From assembly GCA_013239625.1 (NCBI GenBank), contig MU054187.1:13176974-13240973 (forward strand): a DNA stretch of 64,000 nt. Direction: 5' to 3'. The notes under the pieces were generated by a model. That model ran no database searches. It had not been told where the DNA came from and saw only the letters and a program-made list of their open reading frames with translations. The stretch is from Lama guanicoe (taxonomy: Eukaryota). Every line of letters starts with the position of its first letter. The first letter of the stretch is position 1. The position numbers and the translations under genes were made by a program. Positions 12,991 to 24,450 of the stretch are shown here, in pieces.

Positions 12991-13775
12991 GCTGTCTGCC
13001 TTCTAAGGACATTATAGTGGGAGAATAAAAATAGTTTGCATATAACATACTAATTTGAATTTAAATTGAATTAAATGTAAAATGCAATTGGATTGGAATT
13101 TAAAACTCTACCTTTTTAGGCTATTGAATCTATGTTCTTGAGGGTAAAAAACGAGGAAATTATTCCTGTAAGATTTTATATTGATCAGGTTTTAGTTCTT
13201 AGCACTCACAGGTATCAAGCTATCAGGCAGCATGTTGATTCACAAATCCCATGAGTTTGTAGCCCCATCACCTCAATCTGAACTCATGGCTGTCTGACAG
13301 CTGAGGCCTCAGGGAAGGCATCATCTGAAAGCTGAGTAACCTGGGGCTCCAATTGCCACGGCCACCGTGGCAAGGAGGCTCTCAATCCCGCCTCCTTTGG
13401 TCTTCAGCCTTTGGCACAAAGATTGGATTTTCTCAGAGAGTGATTAAGTGCAGGGCTGGTGATCCATGTGCTTCTAGGGGTGCGAAGGACTATCAATTTC
13501 TGCTTCTTTGCCAATTTACCCTAATTTCATGCCATGGGAATTTGGCCAGCCTGTCTTTGTAGGTGGTCCACTCCCCGCTTCCACGTCTGTCATTTGTGGC
13601 TTCCGTCTTGGAATCTCACCTTCGCGAGGGTAATGACCGCCATGATAGCAAAGTACCAGGGCAGGCTTGACCTCCGGCATCCTCTGGGGAATTGGCCCAG
13701 AACTTTCCTTCAAGCATCTATGAGTGACCACAGTGTGACTTCTGTCTAGGTGCTCAGTGTCAGAGAGCCTCAGGT

Positions 13776-13949
13776 CAGTGGTTTTCTGCAGAAATCTAAG
13801 GGAGGGGGGAAGCCAAGCACAAGGAACTCCAGGCCTCCTGCCTCCATTTCGGCCACAGCAGCTCCTCAGTTCTCTGTTTTATATTTCAGAGCTCGGAATG
13901 AGGTTACATGTGGAACCACTGGAGGGAAAAAAAAGTTTGAAAAGCACTG
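13776..13949 (+). mobile_element. MER102-like hAT-Charlie MITE
   Basis: Terminal inverted repeats cagtggttttc / gaaaagcactg (10/11); internal cagcagctcc...ctgttttatatt. Confidence 0.65.
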
Positions 13950-15139
13950 TTTAGATGACTAGGTCTCAGACTTTAAAAAACAGGCTCATAGATTAGATTT
14001 GTGCCTTTCCTCTAACTTTAATTTGCCTCAGAAACATTTTGCAGAGAAGTCAAAACAGACCTGGGAGCTGAGGTTCAGAAATACCGTATGTGCCCTTATC
14101 TGTGGACCGTTTATCTCCACGAGGAGGAAGGGAAGAACCGCATCTCTTTCTCCATTTGGCTCTGAGGGTTGGCCTGGATTTTTAAAATTTCTTCTGGCCC
14201 CAGTTTAGCCTAGAATCCTTGTCAAGCTCATATGTTGTTGCAGAAACAAATATTTAACGATTGCCGCTTTGCCATGTGCAAGTTTTCCAACCACTCTTGT
14301 TGGCCTCCGTGCACGTAGTGAGAATAGGTTGAGTAGGTGAGGTCTTTTTGTTTGTTTCTTTGTATTTCTTTCTTTCTTCCTTCCTTCAGATTTCTGGTGA
14401 GTTTTCAGGATCCTAGCTCCAAACTCAGCAAAATAAAACATTTCCCTCCCCCTCCTTCCCGGTTATCTTTTAAGTCAAGAAGATGTAAATCAGCTTGTGG
14501 GTTTACCGGGATAATTTATTGTTTCCCATGTAGAATTAGAGAGTTCCGTGAGGCCCGCAGCTTCCTCCTGCCTCTCTCTCCTCTCACTCCCTAGCCCCTG
14601 CTGTTGTTGGGTTTACAAAAGGGAAAGTTAAAGAAAAAAAAAAAAGAACATGGAAAAGTTTCTCAACTGCACTAACACACAGGGAACTTGTACTGTATCC
14701 AGAAATCCAGCAAGTCCTCCGGGAACCTGGCAGACGGATTCTGGCGTCAACGGGGCACCAAGCTCCCGCTCCAGCTAAAGGTCTACAAACAATGGAGCTG
14801 TCCAGAGAGCTGGGCGGCGCTGATACCTGGACCCGCTACAGGTACCACTTTCCCCGTCTGGGCTGGGCCCCATCAACTCCATCTATAAGCTTTGTTTAAC
14901 AAGGCCGCCATTAATGAGGTTCTGCCATGGGCTCGAGGAGGCTTTTTTTTTTTTTTTCCCCAATTTAGTTTCATTGGGCTGGACATCTCAGGATCATTAT
15001 ACTTTATCCAAGTTGCTCATAAGCTGAACTAAAGTAACCTTGAAGAAACAATATAAGTATAGCAGGACCTGATACTAATTGCATGGACCTCAAGGAAAAG
15101 GTTTCAAACAAGTTTCCTTTGAATGCTCTCCGTCCAGAA

Positions 15140-15660
15140 TGACTGCTTGTGGTCCTTCCCAGACACTCCTCCCTACTCCACCAGTCCTCATGGTTACTAC
15201 ATGGGTTTGCCACGTCCTTACATGACCCCACACCACTGCTTAGAGATTAACACAGGGCCTTCGAGGTAGCCCATCCATGAGCGACAGTTGATTGATTAAC
15301 TGGGGAAAAGATACCAGATCCAAGTGAATTCACTGGGCTCACTGACTGAACTTGAGATAGAAATGTGGAGAAGTCCCACCTCTGTGGCTGGAAGATAAAA
15401 CACTGGGAAACCATGGGCAGCTAGGAATTGTGCCACTTTAAGAAGCTATTTCATATCAAGGGCAAAAGAAATCTGCATGCGGAGAGTGGCAGAGATTGGG
15501 GTAAAGCGAGGTCAGCGGTTTTAGTTGTCCTGGTACCAGCTCCACCTCTAGCCTTCCCTGACCTCTGGTGTTCAATTTCTTGTTTTTTGTGATTAAATAC
15601 ACTTCTTTCAGCTAATTGGACGTTTGCTTCTGTAACTTGCATCCGAAAAAGTCCTACAGA
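15140..15660 (+). mobile_element. Old ERVL/MaLR-type solo LTR (LTR16/LTR33/MLT1-like)
   Basis: 3' end attaaatacacttc...tttgcttctgtaacttgcatccgaaaaagtcct is typical of ancient ERVL-class LTRs. Confidence 0.5.
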
Positions 15661-15954
15661 ATCACCCTTTACTACCTCTTTGAGGCAAAATCTCCTTTCA
15701 GAGACTGTATGACAGTTATCAGTCAGGCAGTTACTACTCACTTGACTATGAAGACAAATTTGATGGGAAGTATTCTAGGCAAGAAAAACACAGCATTACG
15801 AGTTTGATGAAGTTTATCAATAGATTCCATACCCCTTACCTTTAAGAAGCTCACTTTCCTAAGCATTTGACCCAGGCTCATGTTACCAGAATTGATTGAA
15901 ATTGATTTTCCAGCATCTTTTTTCTCGGGCTTTATGTTATCCAAAGTGCCTGAT

Positions 15955-16720
15955 TTAGTAAAAGAAACCTGAATCAAATAGGCTTAAGCAAAGAAAGGAA
16001 TTTATTGTTGCATAGTGCAAGAAAGTCTAGGGTAGATCTACTCAGAAAAGATTCAAAAGTGCTCAACTCATGTCATCAGGATTTGTTCCTCTCCATCTCT
16101 CTGCCCTGTTCTCTTAATTGGTTTAATTTCTCAAGTAGCATCTCTCCTCTTGGTGACAAGATGGACACAGTGTCTCTAGGCCAGAAGTTAGCAATAATTG
16201 GTGAATTTGCCCTTCAAGGGACATCTGACAATGTGTGGAGATATTTTGATGGTCACATTTGGGGATAGGGGTGCAAGAGGGCTGTTGGCATCTCACAGGT
16301 AAAAGCCAGGGATACTGTGATACATCCTACAACACACAGCCCTTCCCCCCCAAAAAATAATTATCTGGCCTTAAATGTCAATAGTGTTGAGGGTAAGACA
16401 CCCTGCCTGATTTCATTGCTATCACCAATGAAAGAAAGCTTCTTTTTCTAGAGAGATCTAGTGATAGCTCAGGGCTTGCTGGTGCTGGTTGGCTCAGCCT
16501 GGGTTGTGTGTACATCCCTGAGGAAATCACTGTGGCCAGAGGGTTGTTGTATCCTAATAGGCGGGTATGGGTCCAATACTCCTCTGGTTACTAGGCAGGG
16601 CATTAATTCTATTCAAGTCCCAGAGAGTTGGAACGGGGGCAGGGATGGTTCCCTAAAGGAAAATAATCATGTCCTTGCCAGAAGGGTAACAGATGCACGG
16701 CAGCAAAGTACAGTAGCACC
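15955..16720 (-). mobile_element. MLT1K-like MaLR LTR, interrupted by MER20
   Basis: aatcaaataggcttaagcaaagaaaggaatttattg, gtgacaagatgg, and after MER20 tggttggctcagcctgggtt...atcactgtggccagagg. Confidence 0.7.
16182..16405 (+). mobile_element. MER20 hAT-Charlie element
   Basis: gggacatctgacaatgtgtggagatattttg...gccagggatactg..acatcctaca...aaatgtcaatagtgttgagg...ccctg matches the MER20 consensus. Confidence 0.85.
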
Positions 16721-17033
16721 TGCGAGAGTATCCTAGTTGGTAACCAGGAATTGTATTAGATCAACGCATGTAAATACGCCCACATGAGAGATGCGGAGAA
16801 GGATGCCCCCGCTGCTGTCTTCCTCTTCCTCCTGGTCAGCGTGGCCTCTAGAGACAGTGTCCCTTTGTTTGCTGGTTAACCTAGGTGAGTAACACCAGTG
16901 GAAGAACTTCAGATTTAGGAATGGTAGGTCAGTGGGGTAGAGTTCGGGAGCAGGTAAGAGCTTAGAGGGGCTTTTAATTGTCACCGGCTTCCCCGTCTAC
17001 ACTAAGCTGAATCACAGCCACTGTCGTGCTCAT

Positions 17034-17309
17034 TGTGGCAGGCAGAATTCCAAGAGTTGCCACCCTGCTGTAAACACCCTGCCTAATCACTATGAATAGG
17101 ACGGGTTTTACTCCCATATTCAGGTTGCTTTATATGCACAGTAGATCTTAATAAGGAGATGTATGCATGAGCCTAACCTAATCACATGAGCCCTCTAAAA
17201 GCGAGGAGTGTTTTCAGTTGGTGGAAAAGAAAAAGTCAGAGATTCAAAGCATGAGAAGGATTTGAAGTGCTGTCGCTGGCTTGAAGATAGAGAGGGTCAG
17301 GAGGCTAGG

Positions 17310-17346
<37 letters not shown>

Positions 17347-17660
17347 TGTATGTGTGTCCTCTAGAAACTGAGAGTGTCCCCTGTCTGAGAGCTAGCAAAG
17401 AAATGGGGATGTCAGTCCCACTGATTCAGGAAGATGAGCTCTGCCAATAATCATGAACTTGGAAGAGAACCCTGAGGCTCAAGTGAGAACAGCAGCCCTG
17501 GCCGCTACTGTGATTTCATCCCAGTGAGACCCTGAGCAGAGAATCCAGCCACACCACATCTGGACTGCTGACCCAGAGGAATGGCGAGGTAATAAATGTT
17601 TCTTGTTTAGACAGCTAAGGTTTTGGTAATTTGTTACACAGCAACCTAAAACTAGTATAC
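17034..17660 (+). mobile_element. MLT1E-like MaLR solo LTR
   Basis: Starts tgtggcaggcagaattccaag; contains cctaatcacatgagccct and gtgagaccctgagcagagaatccagcc; ends ggtaatttgttacacagca..aactagtatac. Confidence 0.85.
17311..17357. repeat. (TG)n microsatellite inside the MLT1 LTR
   Basis: 17 perfect TG units followed by a degenerate tail. Confidence 0.95.
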
Positions 17661-18046
17661 TCATGTATTAGCTCACGTTCGTCCAGTTCCACTGCCACAT
17701 AATGCTTAAACATGGGGTGGCAGAATGACAGATGTTATAACCCTACAAGCGGCAATAAAGTTTGCAGGAGGGCAGATTAGATTACATAAAATGTTACTTG
17801 ATTTGAAAAGACAATGGTCCAGCTCCTGCGTTCACTGCTTCTCAGCCTGAGGTGGCAGACTAGTCTGGAGGCAGGCAGGTGCCTTCTGTGACTGTTCAGC
17901 TCTTTCCTACTGAAGACTGGAGCGCTCAGCCCGCCACTGAAGACTGGTCTGCAGCTCCCATTGCTCAGGCCACTGAATGGGTCGCAACCACCACTGAGTG
18001 GTCTTAAGCTATTCTTCCCACCAAGTCTCAGAATGGAAAATGGTTT

Positions 18047-18273
18047 AAGAAAGGAAGGAAGGAAGGAAGGAAGGAAGGAAGAAAGGAAGAGAAAGAAAGA
18101 AAGGAAGAAAGGGAGGGAGGGAGGGAGGAAGGAAGGAAGGAAAAAGGAAGGAAGGAAGGAAGAAAGAAAGGAAGAAAGGGAGGGAGGAAGGGAGGAAGGA
18201 AGCAAGGAAGGAAAAAGGAAGGAAGGAAAAGGAAGGGAAGGTAAAGGAAGGGAAGGTAAAGGAAGGGAAAAGA
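18047..18273. repeat. Purine-rich (GGAA/GAAA/GGGA)n simple repeat
   Basis: About 227 bp with only three pyrimidines (18203, 18242, 18257). Confidence 0.95.
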
Positions 18274-18359
18274 CAATAGATGGCCTCAGTGCAGGAAAGA
18301 CCACTGCTATTTTTCCCATCCATGAGTCCACTAATGGATAACTAGCAGCATTATTCTAA

Positions 18360-18600
18360 GTCTTCGCTTTGCCCTTTCCTCTCACTGAACTCCAGCCATG
18401 ATAAATTAGCCTCAGTCCTCTGGATTTGCCTTGTAGTCTCATACCTGCCTGCTCTGGGTCAAGCTCTTTCCTTGAGATGTTCTTCATTCTTGACTTTCCC
18501 TGGAAATTTGACTTTTCCCTCAAGGTTTGGCTCAAGTGCAATTTCCTCTGTGAAGAATTCTTTCAGTTCTCCAGCCCTTGGTACAATAAATGTTTCATCT
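18360..18600 (+). mobile_element. L2 fragment
   Basis: ctccagccat...ctcaaggtttggctcaagtgcaatttcctctgtgaag L2 body motifs. Confidence 0.55.
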
Positions 18601-19399
18601 CTCTGTGCTTCAGATCGCCTTGATGATAAGGATTTTGAGAGACTTCCTGCTTTTGGTAATTCTCATAGTCCCTGAGCACAGGCCTGGAACATCATGGGAC
18701 TGTGGAATAGACGTCTGCCCCAAGTCTTGATGAGTTATCATCCCAGCAGGTCATCGTTTGGAGCACCTGGGAGTAAGGCTTCTCGACTGAGTTTTGCTGT
18801 ATCATGTCTCTTGGCAGCTTTGGGTGAAGAATCTCATGTTCCCTGATGGTATCAAGGTTTCACCCAGCTGGTGATGCCGTGTGGGTGATTTGTTGGAACA
18901 AGGACTGGTTCCCTTGCTTTCACTGAAATTGTCAATAAAATTAATTTTTTTCTGCAAAAGTTCACCATTCTTGAATATCAGCTTCATCACAAGGCACACA
19001 GTGTGCACAGAACCAACTTCTAGAATAAATAAAAGACAGCAGAACATGGTTTCATGAAGAATTCCTATGCTTGCTCACCTGTTAACACTATTTGGGTTTT
19101 TACACATTTGGAAAGTACACTGTATATGCCCTCAAGAGTCTGCAGGCTGGGAGAAATAGGAAGCATCCCTAAGAAGGGCTGAGAAATCTGCCTGACTCAA
19201 ACATTATTGGTGGGGACTCCATGTGCTAGGCTAATGTGCAGGGGCTCTAACTTGCCCCACCACCTGCTGACTGACTGTGCCTCAGACAGCACTGTTTGTG
19301 AGAAGAGACTGGTCTCTTATTCCTGGTATTGAAAAGAATTGTCAGCTTGTGCTGTTTGGTGCTCTTGGGACTTCAAATGTATTAGCAAAATCTAGCAAT

Positions 19400-19847
19400 C
19401 TATTTTTATTGCAGTATATTGGATTTACAATATTATATTAGTTTCAGGCGTATAGCATAGCAATTCAATATTTTTATAGATTACATACCATTTAAAGTTA
19501 TTACAAAATAATAGCTATACATTCTGTGCTGTACAAGATATCTTTGTTGCTTATCTATTTTATATGTAGTAGTTTGTATCTCTTAATCCCATACCCCTAT
19601 CTTGCCCCTCCCTTCTTTTCTCTCCCCATTGAGATCCAATAGTTTATTTTCTATATCTGTGAGTCAGTTTCTTTTTTTGTTATATTCACTAGCTTGTTGT
19701 TTTTTTTTAGATTCCACATATAAGTGATAACATACTGTTTGTCTTTCTCTGACTTATTTTTGCTAAGCATAATACTCTCTACATCCATCCACATTGTTGC
19801 AAATGGTAGAATTTTATTCTTTTTATGGCTCAATAATATCCCATTAT

Positions 19848-19882
<35 letters not shown>

Positions 19883-20880
19883 ATATCTTCTTTATCCATT
19901 CATCTTTTGATGGACACTTGTGTTGCTTCCATATATTGGCTATTCTAAATAACACTGCTATGAACATTGGGGTTCATGTGTCTTTTTTTAATTCATGTTT
20001 TCATTTTTTGGATGTATACCCAGGAGTAGTATTGCTGGATCATATGATAGTTCTATTTTAGTCTTTTGAGGAACCTCCATACTGTTTTCCATACTAGTTG
20101 CACCAATTTATATTCCCACAAACAGTGTACAAGTGTTCCCTTTTCTCCACATCCTTGTCAACATTTGTTATTTGTAGACTTTTTGGCGGTAGCCATTCTG
20201 TCAGGTGTGAGGTGAGATCTTACTGTGGTTTTGACTGTCGTCTCCCTGATGATTAACAATGTTGAGCATCTTTTCATGTGTCTATTAGCCATGTGTATAC
20301 CTTCTCTGGAAAAATTTCTATTCAGGTCTTCTGCCCAGTTTTTGGATTGAGTTGTTTGGTTTTTTTATTTTGAGTTGTATAAGCTGTTTATGTATTTTGG
20401 ATATTAACCCTTTGTCAATCATATCATTTGCAAATATTTTCTCCCATTCAGTGGGTTGTCTATTGTTTCCTTTGCTGTGTAAAATCTTTTAAGTTCAATT
20501 AGGTCCATTTGTTTATTTTTGCTTTTATTATTTTTGCCCTAAGGCACAGATTAAAAAAATACTGCTGTGATTTATGTCAGAGTATTCTGCTTATGTTTTC
20601 TCCTAGGAGTTTAATGGTTTTACATCTTACATTTAGGTTTTAAATCCATTCTGAGTATGTTTTGAGTATATCGTGTGAGGAAATGTTCTAATCTCATTCT
20701 TTTACATGTAGCTGCCCAGTTTTCCCAGCACCACTTATTGAAGGGGCTGTCTTTTCTCCATTGTATATTCTTGCCTCCTTTGTTGTCAATGAATTAACCA
20801 CAGGTGCGTGGCTTTACTTCTGTGCTCTCTATTCATTTCCATTGATCTGTGTTTCTGTTCTTGTGCCAGTACCATACCAT
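19400..20880 (-). mobile_element. L1 (laurasiatherian/L1MA-age), 3' UTR plus ORF2 C-terminal part
   Basis: Antisense L1 hallmarks: gattccacatataagtga, tatacccaggagtagtattgctggatcatatg, gaggaacctccatactgttttcca, cccagttttcccagcaccacttattgaag; internal (CA)n(TA)n at 19848-19881. Confidence 0.92.
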
Positions 20881-20889
20881 TCCATCTTT

Positions 20890-21570
20890 TAATCCATTAA
20901 TTCATCACTCAGCAAATATTCACCGAGTGCCCACTATATGAATACAACAGGGGGGACACTTCTTTGTGATAGTGTCTTGGAATTTACCTCCAGTAGGGAA
21001 GAGAGACACATAAATTAATATAAAGATGCTACTGTAATAGACACTACAGAAGAGAGGTTCCCAGGGTTATGAGAGGTCATAAGAAAATTCGACCGAGTCA
21101 AGGAGGTGAAGGGAAGCTTCCCAAGAAAAGTGAAAAGAAGAAGGAAGAGCATTTCAGTCTGATAGAAGACCATGTGCAAAATCTGCGCAGCAGGACATAA
21201 CATAGGGATCTCAAGGTGCTGAAAGAAAGCCGGCGTCCCTGAAGTGCAGGGAAGGAGCAGAAGGCTAGCGTGAGAGATGACCAGGAGGGCTTGGACCATG
21301 CTATAGGGGTTTGGCTTGACCCTGGGAGCCATTGGAAGCCTTCAAGTGTTTGAAACAAAGTGGCATGATCAGATTTGCACTTTCTGAACACTTCCTCTGG
21401 TTGCAAGGCAGAAAATGGATTGGGGGAAGCCAGAGTAGATGCAGTAAACCATGTAGGGGACCACTGTGGCTGTGATGAAAAATGATGGTGGATTGGACAA
21501 AAGTGATAGTGGAAGAGATATATTCAAGGGGAGGGACTTGAGAAATGTTTAATACGTAGAGATGCATTTT
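20890..21570 (-). mobile_element. L2 LINE fragment
   Basis: ttcatcactcagcaaatattcaccgagtgcccactatatg start; gggagccattggaag..gcatgatcagatttgcact. Confidence 0.8.
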
Positions 21571-23269
21571 CCCAGAAAAAGCTGTAGAGAATCATTGTAG
21601 CAGGATCAGCTTCTGAGCTTCTGATCCTTAGGTTGAGAACTGAAAGTGTATTAATACAGAGAAGGAAAAAAAAGGCATTTTTTAATGCAAAAAACCAGAC
21701 AAATTAAAAAATAATTTAAATAACAAAACTGCAATTATATTAAATAATAATAAAAATAAGACATGGCACTAAGCAGAAATTATCTGAATCTCCGAGACAC
21801 AAAAACAACCCTATCTCATGTGACTTATACTTCATCCTAAAACTAGGTAGAAAACGCTTATAAAGTGGAGACTTTAATGTGATTCAAAGCTACAAATGTG
21901 CAGCCAGAATGTAACGTGATGGTTCATGTTTTGTTTATGTTTTTTCACGTGGGACTTCTCATGGCTAAGACATTTTGGAGGTTACATGACCATTTCTAGT
22001 CCTGAAAATAAAGTCAGTCCAGTCGAAGCAAATAATTAGAGTCAAAGAAAAATAAGTTATTTGAAGTAGTCAGCTTCTAGTGAAAACGTTCCAAGCCCAA
22101 CAAGCAATTCTGTTCTTGTGTTTATCCTGGGACTCCAGCACTGCACCACAGAGACGTGGGTCTTCTCTGTGTCTCTGTGCGGAGATTTAATTAACCATGA
22201 AGGTGCTTGATGGGGAGGAATCCTGCTTATTCATGGTGTTTTAACATCTATGAAAAGGAAATACCATGGTTTTCAGGTCTGGTCATGCAGCCATTCGTTT
22301 CTATTCAGAAACAACTGGGAGGGGGTGTATTCCTTAAATAAATAAACTGAAAATATGTGCTGCAGCACACGAGATAAAATGACTGACAGTCACTGTTCTT
22401 AGATTGATCAAAATGACTCAAAATTAGAAGGACTTTAAAAATATGTGTGTGTGTGTGTATAAAATGAAAGTAAATGCTGACTACATGAGAATATATCATG
22501 ACCTTACCCTGAAGCAAATATTTCAATCAGGAAACATCTTAGAGAACAGTTTAAAAACTTGAAATCGCAGGCTCAAGTGAGACCACTTGACTGTAACTTC
22601 AAAAGATGTGATAGAGATTTACTCCCCCGTGAAAAGTTATGTTTCAACAAGAACAGCCCCAATTTGGATTAACGAGAGGACTGGAGAAGGAAGACGGGAA
22701 AGCCACATGTGCTGCCACCAACTGTAAAATATGAAACAAAACCTGTAACTGTAAAGAATAGATTTCCAGTGCTTTCCACTTCTAAGACCTGTTTGAAGAA
22801 GGCGCAATGCCATTTTCATGTGGTGCCATGTGTTACCTGGTGGTAATTCTTCCCAGCACTGGAGCCATTTTTACCTTCATGAACCAGTAACTTTTGTGTA
22901 TAGCCGTCAGTTGGTCTAGACAGACAATTCTTTTGAGATCCATTCTCTTTTGATAGGTTTATCAGATTTCCGCTCTCAATTTTCCTTTAATACTTTTCTC
23001 TATTCTTCTGTCTCTCCCGCTTGAACATGTGATGTAATGATATTTACTGGCAAAGGTCATTCAATGACCCAAAGTCTCCAACTGCAGCAGGAAGAGCAGG
23101 ATATAGTGGATTCTGCACGCCTCCCGGACTTTCCTGCTGGGAATCGCTCCTTCCTCACCTATCCCATAAGAATAACCGTCCCCTACCTGACTTTCAGTTC
23201 CCTTAAAGATTGAATCCCAAGGAAAGTCAGGTCAACTAAGAAGCAATGAAACGGGGGAGTTGGGAACCC

Positions 23270-23482
23270 ATTCTTTGGGTGACCTGGCACCTAGGTCCAA
23301 GACCTAATTCTGTCACTGCAAGGATGTGCGCCCTTAGGCAGTCACTAACCTTCTCCTATTTATTTTCCCCCCTATGAGAGGAAGAGTAAGTGTTGTGACA
23401 ATTACATGGGGGAAAAAAGCCTAAAAATGTCCCTGTACACCACCCAGCATGTTATAATCAGCCAATAAATATTAGTTATTCT
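23270..23482 (+). mobile_element. MIR SINE (diverged)
   Basis: ctaggtccaagacctaattctgtcact..cccttaggcagtcactaacc ... caataaatattagttatt. Confidence 0.55.
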
Positions 23483-23720
23483 TACTAAAGTTCAGAGATG
23501 CCATCATTTGAACCCCAGCAGGGAGACCCTGGGCACATGGCATATAAAATTCAGTATTTCTACTGCATTGTACAGATATTTATTTGCTCTGGCAAGCTTT
23601 ATCTTTGAGCACAAAAAAAGAGTTCTGTCGATACAGGGGATGACTTAAAAAAAAAAAGAGTGGGGAGAGCTTTAATCAAGTTGCGCTCAGACATGGGGAT
23701 ATTATTTTGTTTATTTTCAG

Positions 23721-23875
23721 AGCAGGAGCATTGGGCTTTGGTAGTCCTGTCCCACCGGACGTGCGAGATATTTAAAAATCAATTCCAAATACCAAAGCAG
23801 TCCTGTTCAAGATGCATTGAGATTTGAGCTACACGGTCAATGCAAACAATGCAGAGGCAGAAGTCACCCCTTATG
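23721..23875 (+). other. Candidate spliced exon (UTR, non-coding or first coding exon)
   Basis: Acceptor ttattttgtttattttcag and donor ATG|GTAAGC around 155 nt of unique sequence; no frame is open across the whole exon. Confidence 0.3.
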
Positions 23876-24239
23876 GTAAGCCAGCCAAAATAGGAGTAAG
23901 ACAAGCTAATGAAATAATTAAAGTAGGTGGAAAATAACTAGTTGGCAGCAACAAGTCCATTTCTGTAGACAAACTACTTCGCTCCAAATACATATACACG
24001 TTCATATACGATGGCTACAAATGAGCTTGCGATTCCCCTCTGCAAGTATTTGGGCAGGAAATAAAACCTTTTCCCAGTGGATGAAATAACACTCGTTCCT
24101 GCCAATCTAAGCAAGGCAGATTTAAATTTTATATGTGTCCAACTGCTTGTTCCCCCTTAGCTAATAACCTGCATGGTGGAAACATTTCAAATGAAAGGGA
24201 GTTCACAGCCCCACAGCCCAGCTCTGAATATATCTACCG

Positions 24240-24450
24240 CGCATGTAAACAAGTAAACCATTATGTTTCTTATTGCGATAAAGCTCGCAATGATAAGTGG
24301 GGACTTTCACCAAACAAAGAGCTTCCTATTGGGAGTGTGGATAATCTTCCAGAAAACCCTGTGTTTTGGCAAATCACACCAGATTAATCTATTAGGCATC
24401 TCCTTTCATTATCAAATTTCCGCTGCCTATCACAGGGATGGCCTTATCAA
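24240..24450. promoter_or_regulatory. Candidate enhancer (FOX/GATA/SOX motif cluster)
   Basis: GTAAACA 24245, GTAAAC 24253, GATA-type sites at 24276, 24291, 24409, 24427 and 24443, AACAAAG 24313; motif evidence only. Confidence 0.3.

Noticed and set aside
17777..18341. Longest ORFs in the track (184, 126, 92 and 82 aa)
   Set aside because: They are translations of the GGAA/TTCC simple repeat, which lacks stop codons
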